From Lepidodermella squamata (lineage: Eukaryota; Animalia; Gastrotricha), in the NCBI GenBank assembly GCA_047495785.1, contig JBLDXI010000029.1, positions 2,790,001 through 2,854,000 on the forward strand: DNA of 64,000 nt, read 5' to 3'. The notes under the pieces are model-generated. The model saw only the letters and a list, made by a program, of their open reading frames with translations. It was not told where the DNA came from and made no database searches. Numbering within the stretch: the first letter of the stretch is position 1; each line of letters starts with the position of its first letter. Positions 21,416 through 34,639 of the stretch are shown piece by piece. Both the position numbers and the translations under genes were made by a program.

Positions 21416-22415
21416 CAGTGATAGGGATTTGGTTTGATTTGGTTTGAGTTTTGACTGTTTTGAAGGGTAAAAACATGTTTTAGCTTTGAAAATGTTTGCT
21501 TTGATTCAATCATGCTTTGGTTTGATATGTTTTGAAAGGGGAAGGCTGTGCTTTGGTTTTGGTTTGGTTTTAATCAAAACCAATAAAGCACACAACATTA
21601 TAGGGCGACTTTGCAGTCACATGACTAAGGTCAAAGTCCGTCGATTTTTTTCTGGTCTAGGTCGCGCGGTCGCGCGGTCGTTGTGGTCGCTTAAAAATGA
21701 GACTGAAAAAAACGATGCACCACCAGGAGTCGAACTAAGGATGTTGAAATATAAAGCCATTTTTTTGATCCACTGCGCCACCAGCTTGAAGAAATCTGCC
21801 GCGAAAATATTTCTACCCATATTGTTCTGAATCGGATCCACTGATAGAAACTCTTAATTGCCATGAATTGGTGGCGTAGTGGATCAAAAACATGGCTTTA
21901 TATTCCAACATCCTTAGTTCGACTCCTGGTGCTGCATCGTTTTTTTCAGTCTCATTTTTAAGCGACCACAACGACCGCGCGACCGCGCGACCAAGACCAG
22001 AAAAAAATCGACGGACTTTGACCTTAGTCATGTGACTGCAAAGTCGCCCTATAATGAACCATCCCAGTTGGGTTGGCGACCGCGCGACCAAGACCAGAAA
22101 AAAATCGACGGACTTTGACCTTAGTCATGTGACTGCAAAGTCGCCCTATAATGAACCATCCCAGTTGGGGCATTCGCATTCGCTTTTTCGCTGTTTTTAT
22201 GGTTTTTTATGGTTTTTAATCGAAATATGAGGACTATAATCGGAAAAACTTTGTTTTGAAAAACTCAAAACATTTCAAAACTTGATTTGAAATTTTCAAG
22301 TTTTGGTTTGAAAAGTTTTGAGGATATGTTTTGATGTTTTGTTTTGAACATGGTTTGCTTTGAACAAGCCGTGTTTTGCTTTGAGGTATCAAATCAAACC
22401 AAATCCCTTACACTG
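21416..22415. mobile_element. Non-autonomous hAT-type element with a nested MITE
   Basis: TIRs cagtgatagggatttggtttgatttg / caaatcaaaccaaatcccttacactg; 8-bp TSD cttagaac (21408-21415, 22416-22423). Confidence 0.9.
21601..22051. mobile_element. Foldback-type MITE with ~180-bp TIRs and TA-type flanks; 97-bp tandem re-duplication of its right end at ~22076-22169
   Basis: tagggcgactttgcagtcacatgactaagg... and its reverse complement ...gtcgcccta; each arm contains tRNA-like A and B boxes. Confidence 0.9.
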
Positions 22416-24074
22416 CTTAGAACCCAGAAAGTAAAAATGCACTGATTCGCATTTGAAAGGCGTACTTCGCTTCTCGTCTACCCGAGCTCGAAATCGCTGG
22501 TTTCACTCGAAGGTTCAATTGTCTGTGGGAAGTTTGATAATGATCAATCGTGAGAATAATTAAGGTTTTTTCACATCTTCCCAATTAATACTCCAGAACT
22601 TTCAGCGTAACAGGATTTTGAAGCGAATTGTTCTCAGGATTCCTGGTCGTTCCTTACAATGCTAATATTTAGATCATTCTCAGACCGGAGAACTAAAATT
22701 CAGTGTCCGATCTACATGGGGTTTGCAGCCTTTGATACGGTGGATTGAAGCTTGACTCTAAATAAGTGATGCCATGACAATCGTGGCTTGTTTACGCAAG
22801 TATGCAAGTGAGAACCTCGATAAGGACCGGAGACCCTTCGGGTTCAGACGCCCGTTCTGTGGGCGAACCTCTGTGAGCGAACCTCTACTCACCTTTTCCC
22901 GTCCTCCAGGCACAGTGGCTTTGTTCATTCAAGTAACAGCAATCAAATGAAACTTCAAAACCTTTTGCCGACGTTTGATTATCGATTCTATAAACGCATT
23001 GCTTCAAACAGGGTTGTCCCATCTCAAAGATTTTTAAATCCGCGGGTCATTTTGGCTCACTGAGCCGCTGTTGCGTAACTAATCCTCTCACTAGTGGGCA
23101 CACAGTCCGCTCAGAATAGGCAAACCGCTGTTGCGCGCTGAAAGGGTGACCTTTGGCGCCAGGATGCTCCGCAACGGCCCGGTTGATTCTCGATTTTTTA
23201 TGACGCTGGAAAAAAGACAGGCCACAATCGCCGGAACCAAAAAACAAACACCGCGCGAATAAGTCCGCCTCAGATGTTGCCCCATTTCCCCTACTCGAGT
23301 CGTACCGCCCGTAAATGGGTGATCTTTTGGCACCAGGCTGCTAGAGTGTGTGCTTTTGCAATGCCCATTTAGAAACATTTATTGCTTCTTTTCATTGTTT
23401 TGACACGCACACACTTCAGCTAATATCTCATGGCTCAATTTGGCTTAGGATTTTATTAAAGCTTAAATTGGTGATCATTCAACATCCTTTTCCGTCAAAT
23501 TTTATTCTGCTATTCATAAGATTTCTCTTACGCGTTGCTCCATATTTTGAAGACTAAAACGTGAAAAGTTGTTTCGTTTTAGTCTCATAAGCTCCAACTG
23601 CAAACAATGCTCTTCAAGTGTATTATATTACGAAATTTCTTAGTCCATTCGCGAAAGATGATACCCCTTCTACTCCATTATACCCATGATACCCATGGTC
23701 TATTAAGGAACACAATAATAAAGTGAGCTGCAGCTTGATAACAGTTTCAGATACTCGCAACTTTGCAAAGGTCTATTGTGTTTCATTGAACAACAGTCAT
23801 TAAGTAGGGTCATAAAATGAAAAGTGATAGCTCCGTAAGAGAAAGAGATGTTATTTTCACGTGAAAATTGAAATAGACACGTCAACATATTACCTTTCTC
23901 CGACTCATAAACATCACTGCCCTATAAATTTTCAAGACTGAGCATCTTCATCACATTAGCTATTTTCACACATTTTTATTTAGAAACTACTTTAGCCGTG
24001 GTGCTGATGGAGGCCTCTTTTCACAACGTTACAGGTAACTCAATCATTTATATGATCCGAATAAAGATGTTTTG

Positions 24075-25460
24075 TGACAGGCTGCATCCACTGCTAACAT
24101 GGCCACTCGATCGTTTTGTCTCATTACCCCGGGCCTATACAACGGGATAGCCGTTACGAATTAGTTGGGGAAGGGGGAAAAGGAGAGGGGTGGTTGCTGC
24201 CTGGGCTGTTGAAAATATAGGGAGCAGATAAGATATATTTGCTACTACTAAGGGTAGATTAGGACTAAAGGCGGATTAGTCAAGTTGCTACTATCTTAAA
24301 TGAGCTGGGTCCGAAAACAGTGGTGCAGGGTGCAGCTTGAGCAGGACTTGAGAATACTTGAGCGAGAGACACAAATTTAATCAGCTTTTGAAGTCTGCTT
24401 CAAGCTTCAAGAAACTTTAGATTGATTCAGTAAGAAGTTAGACCTAGTTATCTAATTGCTCATTACTCGTTTTGATTTAGTCCAGAACTAAGATAATTTC
24501 GGAATTCTGATAGAATATGTGACTTCTATTTAGATACCGCTGGTATTCCAAAATAATATTAGAAATTATTAAAATAGCTCTTAAATAATTTAGCAGAAAC
24601 GCTTCCGGCAAGTCATGCGGATGTTACACACATTCATGTATAAGGCACTATGGAAATGAGAGAAACCAAGAAAGCATGGGGAATGCATTCGAAAGTGTGT
24701 CTTTTTTAATGGGAGAAGACTGAATAGCCTCATCTCGGGCTGAGACATTTTTTGGGGGGTATTCGTACTTCGGAGTTGTTGGGAATCGTCACCATTTTTA
24801 GGGATTTCGGAGCAAACTAACAGAGGAACCATAACAGTGAGAATATGCAGTCCTAAGAATCAACAAGTACTGATCAATATTATGCGTTGAAAGTTCCGCT
24901 CGAAAAACTGATGCATTTTGTTCAGGTCCCAGGTTTTATTTGCAGGTTTTGGAATTTCGGTTAACTTTAAGTTGGAGGCAGTTTTTTAGAATTGTTGCGT
25001 TGAGACTGGGCGTATTAACATTTAGAATTCGCATCGCGATCATTATAAATCTTATTCATTCATCCGTTACATCTTCAGTCAGGACTGAGTTACATTCCCC
25101 GGCTGAGTAATAAGGGAAACTAGTTTGCCCACGGCAAGTTTTGCATTGAATGTTAATAAAACAGTCGTTCATTAAGTTGGATCCGGGATTTCTCTCTCCT
25201 GTGTTGGCATTGTGAAGTCATATGTATTAGCAGTTGTTTCGCAGGCAGAACCAGAGACACAAAGATCGAACATAGATGGCTAGCAGTAACTATTGGCGAT
25301 TGGTAGCACCAATTTTTGACGCAATGGATTCTGATCGCGGATGTTTGTGTGCACTGTGACGCGCCTGTGTCGCGCTGATGGATTGGATGGAGGTACCAAG
25401 GACACTGGATTCTGCCGTCCCCCATAGCAATCAGCGAGGCAGGGCGAGAATGGTTTCTCA
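24075..25460 (-). pseudogene. Decayed copy of the Cys-rich family (psi2)
   Basis: LCVSGSACETTANTYDFT at ~25210-25265; paralogous to psi1 within the duplicated unit. Confidence 0.5.
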
Positions 25461-26290
25461 GTCTGCCGATTTGGTCAGCAAGCAGTCGAAGAGTGTTCAG
25501 TGTCTATAAATCGTCATCCTGTGAACATCCACCTGGTCGTTTCTTCAGTTTGACCTCTGACCTCAGATGTAGCGCATTAGAAATTCGAAAATTGTGATGA
25601 AATAGCGATTGATATTTTAAAAAAATTTTGTTGCATTTCGATCGAAACGACTTTTATTACTGAACGAACACAGCCATAGAAAGCTCATGTTCCGCTGATT
25701 CTTCATTCACACTCCGGGGCAGCTTAAAGCCTGCGGTAAACCTATCGCCAAGCCATTTCCGTCCCGTCTTACCGTCTGTTATTGTCTCTTATTGTTGCAT
25801 CCATGACTGTCGTCGGGCCCGCTCCCTGTCTTCGTGACTCGTGACCTAATCTCTCTCCTGCTAATACCGCTAATGCTCCTTCTATTCTCCGCCACAGTCT
25901 TTCTTTCCGTTTGTTCCTTCTGCTTTATCGGCTTATAATTCATTTTCCGTGGTCTCCTATTCCCGCCGTGATTCAAGTTGATTTTCGTCTTCCCATATCT
26001 TCTAACACCAGCATTCCTCTTCACATTAACGAATCCCCGTAACCGATAATCCTTACGCTGTGAATATTTTCGTCTATTTGCCTCCCAAATAGTGTAGTTC
26101 GTGCACTGTCTAAGACAAGCGCGTGTCCCCATCGTTCCGGCGCCTTGTTTGTCATGTATTTTGCCTGTTAGTTTTGCTTTGGCTTTGAATTTACTAATTG
26201 TACATGTCGAATAAGGACAATAAAAAAGATTTTCGTTCATTCGTTATGTTCACAAACAGCTTCGGAGACGTGGCCACGTTTGTCTCCGAA

Positions 26291-26540
26291 TTATATGCAT
26301 ATGCCTCTGAAATACTCAAAAATTCGAAAAGATTTTCAAAACAACAACTGATTTGAAACTTGAGGTTTGAATCACAACCAACTACCACGAGTGCTGCAAC
26401 AGATTTCAAATGAAAAACTGAATTGATTGTTTGAAAATGAGTTGATATCTAAGATTCTGGACGTACGACGGGCCGTACGCTTAGGAAATGATTTGGCAGA
26501 ATGCGGCGAGGGATTTCATTTCCGAGTCCCAAGTCCAATG
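26291..26540. repeat. Dispersed repeat, also at ~36911-37175
   Basis: Shared ctcaaaaattcgaaaagatttt...ccaactaccacgag...gtacgacgggccgtacgctta. Confidence 0.75.
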
Positions 26541-27539
26541 ACATTATTTTGTGATTCGACTGAAAAAAATGAAAGAGATATTCGACATATTTTCGGTTTG
26601 CAGCATATGGTACAGGTTACGGTAGAATGACGTTATCTTCCAGTGGAATAACGATTGTTTCAGGTTAGCGAGGCGTATCCGCCGTTCATCCCAGTTAACC
26701 ATGATACCCTGTACCCTGCTATCTCAACTCACACTTCCTCCAGTATAAAATTGCACAGCATGCCGGTTCTACTACGGGGTCAATAATTCCGGCTAATTTC
26801 AACAACGTGTGCAATTTTTTCCGCCGTTAAAATCCACTCCCCCGGAAATAATGAAACTACCTATAATTTAAGAGATAGATTAGGGAGTGCTCTACGTCTC
26901 TACACTAGCAATCTCGACAAGGAACTACTAAGCGTAAGAATCGTTGATTGCCATATTATTTCACTCATATTCAATCGCACTCAGCACCCTCGGCCGATGT
27001 TCGAGATCGACTAGAAGCGCTCCTCAACAGGGTGCAGGGTGTTCATTTTAAAACCGACATCCGCCTCGCCCGTTGGAAAAATCGCGTGCTACCGCAAAAT
27101 TGTATGCACAAAATTAAATATCCTTTTAAAAATATTTTTATTTTATTATATTAATAATTTTTTAAAGATAAAGATAAGTTGCGCTTATTCTCCGCGCGTT
27201 TTTGCGTTGTAGCCGCTACGCGCACCGCCAGTTCCCCGGCGCGCAACTTCTCCCTTGTAATTCCGCATTTTATCACCGGTGACGACACCTTTGTTAGTGT
27301 TTTTCTGATAGCATTTCAAGCATTTGATAGGGCAGCCGGCGTCTTTTTTCCTAAATGTGGATCCTGTAGATGTAACGACTAAGCCTAAACAAGCATTTTT
27401 TGTGACGTTTTTCGCAGTTCTTGGGCGTATAACCGCGAAAACTTCCATCTGAGTGCGGTTATTCCTTGCGGAAACAGTGTTTCTAAGTATAGTTATATAT
27501 TCTCTACAAGATTACCACAGCCGCTCTTGTTGGATGATG

Positions 27540-28620
27540 GTTATTTTTAGCACGCCTGCCCTAACAGCCAGTCGGTCTTTCAGAGCATAGATCTCATTAT
27601 CACCATCTTCAAGGAGGTCCATGCCTTCAAATCACCCGTCAAAAACGCTGTCTCTCATTGTTTTCTTGTAAAGCAGAGTTAATACTTCTTAGTTACCGTG
27701 ACTTTTTGGGGGGTCACCGAGGTTTTTCACTTGCTGCTGCTGTCGATACATTCCGTCTAGAAAATGGAGTTTTTCGGGATATTCGGAACGTTTATGATAT
27801 TAGCAAACAATTCAGCGGTCAAATGGGCGGTCAAATGAGTGAATCTACTAGGAGACGTAAATAAGTTGACACTAAAACAAGAAAATGCCGGTGTTGCCAT
27901 ACTAACTCTTGAGCAGGAGTGACTCCCTTCTGCCATACCTGCTGAGTTAGATCTCATCCTCTGGTCAGATGAGCACTCTTCAAGAAGGCCCATGTTATGT
28001 AATCTGCTTAATTAGCATTGTTAATCATTGTTTTCTTGCTTAAGACGAATTTACATGTTAAAATGAAGTTTTTCGGGTTCATCGGAACTTTATTGATGTT
28101 AGGAAGTAATTCAACGGTCAGATTTTGGTAAAATTGGCTGATTTTGTTTAGAGACTATGTCAGTATGACAATTAAGCAGGAAAAAGCTGGTGTTGCCGCC
28201 GTAATTCGAGCGCAGGATCGACTTTCGTCTGCCATACCCACTCTCGTTAGACGTCATCATTAGGCCAGATCAGCAACCTTAAAGATGGTCCATAAAATAA
28301 TCTGGCAAGAACAATCTTTCTCATCGTTTTCTTGTAGAATATAGTGTATATATCTTAGTTACCATTACTATTAGGTTGGTCAGCGCGGTTTTTCAGTATT
28401 AGTGGCTTGGCTTGCATTTTTCGGGTTTTTTCGGGTTTTTCGAAACATTTTTGATATTAACTAACAATGTAGCGGTTAGATTGCGACTGAAACAATTGAA
28501 TTTGCTAAGAGACTATTTCAGTTTGACGATAAAGCAGAAAAAAGCTGGTGTTGCCGCCCTAACTCGAGCTGGGTCGGCTTCATGATGCCATACCCATCCT
28601 GGTTAGAGGACGTTTCAACG
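27540..28620. repeat. Degenerate tandem repeat, 3-4 units of ~300-360 bp
   Basis: ggtgttgcc...tgccatacc recurs at ~27890, ~28189 and ~28546. Confidence 0.7.
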
Positions 28621-29429
28621 CGTTGTAGCCGCATTCCTTCGTCATTTGTGTGGTCATAAGAGGTCCATGCATGAATTTTACTCATTTTTTGAATACATAG
28701 CTATAGTCGCGCTAAACTTCTGCAAATGACGTACTGCTGACGCGTTTCAGCCACTGCTACTTGTTTCAAGCGACCGCATTAGGGCTAAGGTCTGAACTCG
28801 TTTGTTTTTGCTATGGATACTTACTCTTCTAATTCTCCGGGAAATTCAGCCGGCTTGGCGCGTTATACTATTGTTATTTATTGCGTCGTAAAGTTACATC
28901 AATCAAATATCAAATAGTTTTACCAGTAGAAATATTTACAAGAAAGTATCTATGCGAGCATGCCGAACCGTTCTTCTACGACGTGTAGAAACCGAGATCA
29001 CAAGGATGCAAAGTGCTTTGGACCGAGATCAAAAGACAAAGACCGGCGTGGGGCTGAACTTGTTTTGTAACCGCAGTCACACAAAAAGTTGAACCCGCCC
29101 GCAACTGCGGTTACCGCAGGGAAATGAATGACGGGACAAAGGCATCACCAGAGAATATTCCGGCCGCCGCAAACGAGTGATCAATGTCTCAATTAGATCT
29201 CGGTTATCAGTCTCCAAGCGTTGTCTCAGTCATCGGTTGTCCTCAAATCTTCGGCGAATCCAGTGACATCAATAATTTTTTCGCCGAAAATGATGCCAAA
29301 TTCTCACTCTTAACGACTCACGCCGCGCGCCGGATGCTGCCAATTATGTTAGAGTTTACATGACGTTTTGTTAAACACTCAACTTGATCTGAATGGTGCA
29401 AATAAACGGTTGTTCATAGCCTAGCGATG

Positions 29430-29810
29430 TCGATTTTCCATGCTATGGATGCTAAGGTTTCATTATGAGTAAAGGAGATGCTAAGCGCTCTCTTTACTTA
29501 AAAGCCATCTTGCTAAGGGATTCCTTAATAAGGAGTCCTTACTAAGCAAGACATCCTTAGCAAGATATAGCATTGTTTAGAGTAGAATGCCGCAGAGCTA
29601 TAGTCGAACTCGGGAAAATTAAAATCACCGACGATAATAACATTCTCCTGTTTGTCGACAATGCTGTTTAAGAATTCAAAGAGATGCCTCGTAGCAATAT
29701 CAGTGGCATACATAGAGCGGTAAACAGAGATAATAATATAGTGTAGTGTCTCACCATAACATTCGGCTGCGACAGCCTCTACAAGATCCTCGCTGAAGGT
29801 CGCGAAAAGA
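29430..29810 (-). mobile_element. APE endonuclease fragment of a CR1/L2-like non-LTR retrotransposon
   Basis: 'IIISVYRS' and 'NVIIVGDFNFPEFDY' motifs; frameshifted. Confidence 0.75.
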
Positions 29811-30620
29811 CAGGAAGGAATATGTTTTTTTACGGCAACAAGCGCACCACCTGCCCCACTTTTCTTTTTATATTCAGCTGTGCGATCTTGCCTATAAACA
29901 GTGTAGCCTTTGTTCGAAATAATGTTGATATTAGAGCGAGAACGAAGAAATGTCTCAGCAAAAATAAGAATGTCTGGATCGATGTTGAGATTTTGAAGAT
30001 ATGACCAAAGAAATTTAAGTCTACTACAGAGGCCATTTACATTTGCGTAGAAAACCGAAGTAAGCAGATTAGATTGCTGTGTTTCGACGGGTACGCCCAG
30101 AACCTATTTTGCGAAGTGATCTACGAGCTTTAGAGAGGAATCAACAGGCTTCAAATTAAAGTAGTTCGAGAAGGGGAAGTTTTTGGGAGTTACCGTAGTT
30201 ACATGATACCACTGCCCTTTTCATCGTGAAACAGCTAGATGCATTGCATTTCGTCCATAAAAGGGTGCGTTTCTCTGATCCGCAGACTCAAACTTGAGCA
30301 ACAATTTATCAAGGCCGCTTGATATATCATTAGCATCCTCAATGACGGCAGAAAACCACGTTGCACCGCCGTCTTCTTGATCCCAGCGGTGGATTTCAAC
30401 AGCAAGGAACCGCAATTTAAGGCTCTTTTCACCGATTTTGGGTATATCACAATGCGAAACCTGAGATAGATTAAGAAAAAATGGCGCGGCTATTGCATTC
30501 AGCTCGCTTTACTGAATTGAAAATTGAGCTGCGCGCTTGCTGACTATCTTAAGAACTGGGTTAGAAAACCCCGATTTCAGGCGTTTTAAAGACTAAAATT
30601 TGAAGGGAGAGTCTGGAAGC

Positions 30621-31029
30621 TAGGAACATGTTCCTAACAAATATGGCTGAAAATGGCTCAATGTTAGGAACAAATAAGGACTATGTCGAAATCTTAACGC
30701 ATTTTCAAAATTCATATTAAAATTCGACGCTGAAAAAGGTTTCATTGTGAAATGTATCCGTCGACCTTACATGCTCGCTCCGCTCGCATGGATATGCTAA
30801 AAAATAATACATTTTACTCCGCAAAAAAACAAGTTCCAGGTTCATTGTTAACAAGTTCTTCTTTCTTGAAACAGTATTTTTAGCACTGAAGTAGCTAGAT
30901 TAGCTAAAACTTTAATCTAAAGCAAGAAAATCCTGAAAAAATGATATCATAAGATGGTTTGTTTGGATGGGATATATTGTTCCTAACATTGCGCGATTTC
31001 CAGCCATATTTGTTAGGAACATGTTCCTA
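30621..31029. repeat. Inverted repeat pair (~55 bp), probable MITE
   Basis: taggaacatgttcctaacaaatatggctg...aatgttaggaacaa versus its reverse complement at ~30977-31029. Confidence 0.7.
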
Positions 31030-31728
31030 ACATTTAGATTTTCCGAATTTGAAAACCAACGCGTCGACGTGGTAACGCGCGCTAAAATTCAAGGGCATTT
31101 TGCAATTGAAAATAAAATTAAAAATAATTATCAAAGTGTTTAAAAATTAGTTTAGTAAATTATTTTCTCAAATTAACCGGCAAATTTTTTTCGCGACTAC
31201 GGTAGATGTTCGGTTTTAAAATGTATCTAATGAGACCCATCTCATGAGACGGTGTTTTTTCTAACTTTTTTGAAATTGTCTAAAAATTGATCACTTTCAC
31301 GAAGGACCGTCGCCATTTATAGAGTCTTTCAGGCCGCTAGAAATTTATATTTGTATGATATAGTGCGAGTGTTTCATTTATATCTGAGATTCGTAGCGCG
31401 AGATGCAGGCATGTATATAGCTCAGATATGTGCTAGGCCCGGACACTTATGGTGCATTGCTGAGCGGGGCTTCGGAATAAGACACAATACTCCAAGAGAG
31501 TCATGCTTCTGGTTTTATTTGCAAGGGCTTTCATGATTCAAGTTTTGATAGTAAATATCACTTATACTCAATCATTCGAGCTCTCTTCATCAATTTATCC
31601 ATTAATTTTGTCAGTGAAACATGGCACCGAGAACTTGGAGCAGTTTCAAGATAATGAATAGTACCTATTACAATTCAATGCATGTTTCGCTCACAAAACA
31701 AAGGCTGTTCGATCACGTTTTAAGATTT

Positions 31729-32664
31729 TTAGGCGGGTGTAGTGGATTGGCATCGCTCCAACGTGAGGCCATAAGCCGATGTTGTTTGAATAATAACAGT
31801 ATTGGGAGCATTTGCTGTAAGGAAGGCGCAGCAGGCTGTGTATGAGGTGGCTGCGTAGGAGTTGGCAGGGCTGGTGGTCTACGATTGAAATAATTGATTA
31901 TTAATTAACGTGTGATTTACGCGTTAGGCTATGTTTAACTCACCACTCCGGATCCGCTTGAAAGAGCAACATCAGTGTTGACATTGGAAGTGAACGGGAA
32001 GCGAACACAGTTGCCGATCTTCGTTCCGACTACGTTTGCAGTAGCTGTTATCTTGTATGGGGCACTATCATCATTTGTTCCGATGCAGGCAATTGATGGA
32101 GCGACAGTTGCTGAGATGCCTGGAATGATCTCGTAGCGAATGTTGGCGGCGTTCGGCGCAGCCGGAGTTGCGGCAGCGCAGCAGTCAGAGAACGAGGAGA
32201 AGGAGTTCGGGGTTGTGGATTGTTGCTGAACACAACGGGTGTTACTCACTACTTGATCACGATACTCAATCTTACCGTGAATGTGCTTGGGCCAAAAACT
32301 GAGCTGCAGGCCAGAGCGTTGGAAGTGCACAGCTTCACAGTCTTAGAAACGGCTGCAGTCGCATAAGTGGCGCCAGTGCACAATTGGTAGGTTTGCTGTC
32401 GTGAACGAGTAATTTAAAATTCGGGCAATAAAATAGGCAGTGCCATCTTACCGTCGCGGAGCACGACTGACCGGTTGGGCATTGAGTGCCGGTCTTATCG
32501 ATGCAGTTTTTAGTCGAGGAGTCACAGTTGTTCGCTGCGGCGACACACGTTGTGCTACCAGTGCAAGTTGTAGCGGTCGGGCACGGCGTAGTCGTCGTGG
32601 AGGCAGGGCAGGCGATAGCGGCACTGCAAATAGCGGCAAGAACGGTCAGCGTCAAGAAAGCCAT
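31729..32664 (-). CDS. Secreted Cys-rich family, copy B (4 exons, apparently intact)
   Basis: MAFLTLTVLAAICSAAIA-CP signal peptide. Exons ~32664-32452, ~32395-32276, ~32226-31942 and ~31878-31729, joined in frame by GT-AG introns; ends AYGLTLERCQSTTPA*. Confidence 0.88.
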
Positions 32665-34639
32665 TGTAGGAATGTTTCGAAAATGAAACAATAAGTCGAA
32701 AAGTCGAAAGATGGATGCTTTGAACAAAATTTCGGCCGCTTTTATCAACTCAGCCCCTGGCGGCCGAACCATTTCTTTCTTTGCTATCGAACTTATTTAT
32801 CAGCTCATTAACTGCCAAAAATTATCCAGCAGTGATTACGAGTTAGAAATTGAATGCTTCGAACATTTATGCGGCATATCTGTACCATAAAACTTCCGAA
32901 TCATTCAACAAATTTGAATTTGTGGAATAAAATTTGACAATTTATTCTCATTAATACGGCCCGATGATATCAGTTACGCGCAAACAAAAACCCTTAGTTT
33001 TGTTGTAAACAACTCTATGAAAGTCTGCCGGACGAGTTTAATAAGTCAGACGCCTCACTTAAGACTAGTCTCTATGCATTTGTATAATTTTTCAAGTCTC
33101 GTGTCTCAGGTCTTTCGCAGCAACAATACCACAGCCATTTATTTCCGAGGCCGAGAAAATCTCACAATAGAACGCGCAAGTTGAAAACACAACAGAATTC
33201 AAAGCTCGCTCATTGATATAATTCTACTTCTGTATTTTGCGATCTTTTGATCTTGTTTGATCTTATTATTCTTTTCATAGCAAAATCTCATCGCAGGACT
33301 TCGAAAGAGATCTGTTTCGACTTAATGGCATGAAGTTCGGGTATCGACGATACTATCGTCCTAATATGGTGGGATAATGTTGTTCTGGTGACTTTGATCC
33401 ACCTAATTATATCTATCTAATCTATCTAATTCTGCAGGAACTTTCTGTAACTTCACAATCCGATAAGACTTTGAAGGAGAGCTATTTCGATTTGAGGAAA
33501 TGAAGATTGGCTATCGTTATTATATGGCGTGATAATGTTTGGGATATGCGGACCTAGCGTTCGGCAATTATTGGCCACCGGACCTCGGTTAAACCTTCAT
33601 TAACTTCAATTTCCGATGAGACTGCGAAAGATTTCGAGGCCAAATGTGGAACGGCTTGCTGCACTTTCAAGGCAGCTAATTTATTTTTACTCAATACCCT
33701 TTTTTCTTAATTTCAATACTCATAAATAAAATTGAGGGTGACTACGATCAATTTAATTTCAATCGCGGCAATTAAATAGACTGGTCCAGAAAATTTAAAG
33801 ATTCGAGAGCCTTCGCTGGTCCGGAACCATCTGCTCACTATTAGCATCGAATTGTTGTAGACGTTACTTGCTCATGTTCCTTGTACTTAGCGAATAGCTT
33901 CTCATTTTAATTCAGATCCTCTTTGCTTCCTACTTTTCGTCACTAATTGAGTGGAGTTCCAGTCCAACGTTTCATATCATGGTTTATGGTAAGAACTCAA
34001 AATAGTTCTCGAACGAAACTCCGAGCTTCCGGATTCAAAAATTTAACCCTCAGATGTTCAAGTAACAATTTATTCAGGATTTTTTCAAGTGACTCCATTT
34101 TATAATAGTATCAGTGTGGCAAGCACGCCGTAGAGTCGCTCTATTATGCTCAATGGAGTATCAACTCATTGCTTTCATGACGCTATTAAACCAAGAGAAG
34201 ATCATCATCTTTATTTAAAACACTATTTTACACAATACACATGCTTTGTTTTAATAGACAGGTGTTATTTCAAGAGGAATAACACGTTGTTGATGCGTTT
34301 GAGAAATATGATACTACAACAGTACAACAGTATTTACAGCAGAAGAATGGATGTAAAATGAAGGATTGATTCTCAAGCCAAGTCGCTAATCAGTGTTTTT
34401 GCAGGTCCAGCCGCTGTAGGAGCTGGTGAACGTCATAGAATGGATATATGTTACATGTGTGTCATGAGCTCTGAGGGAAAATTCCAATCTTCCGTCGAGC
34501 AAAAGTCATCGCGAAACTCCGCCGCAGCTTTTTATAACCTGAAGGAAATTGATTTGTTCTCCGAGTTGTTTTGGACCGTGAAAATACAATAAAATTGCAT
34601 CAATAACATGAGCACAATAATGATGAGGATTCGCAACGA

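Larger units (their letters stand above)
18560..25735. repeat. Tandem segmental duplication (unit 1 ~18560-21085, unit 2 ~22426-25735)
   Basis: Colinear shared blocks, e.g. gtgtccgatctacatggggtttgcagc (~18861 and ~22703), gatacc..ttctactccattatacccatga (~19401 and ~23660), gggatttctctc.cctgtgttggcattgtgaagtc (~20599 and ~25185). Confidence 0.85.

Noticed and set aside
21865-21940. Functional tRNA gene
   Set aside because: A and B boxes are present but the acceptor and anticodon stems do not pair; reported as a Pol III-like cassette instead.
25779-26254. 153-aa ORF or possible solo LTR
   Set aside because: The ORF reflects purine skew and has no motifs; no TG...CA boundaries with a matching TSD were found.
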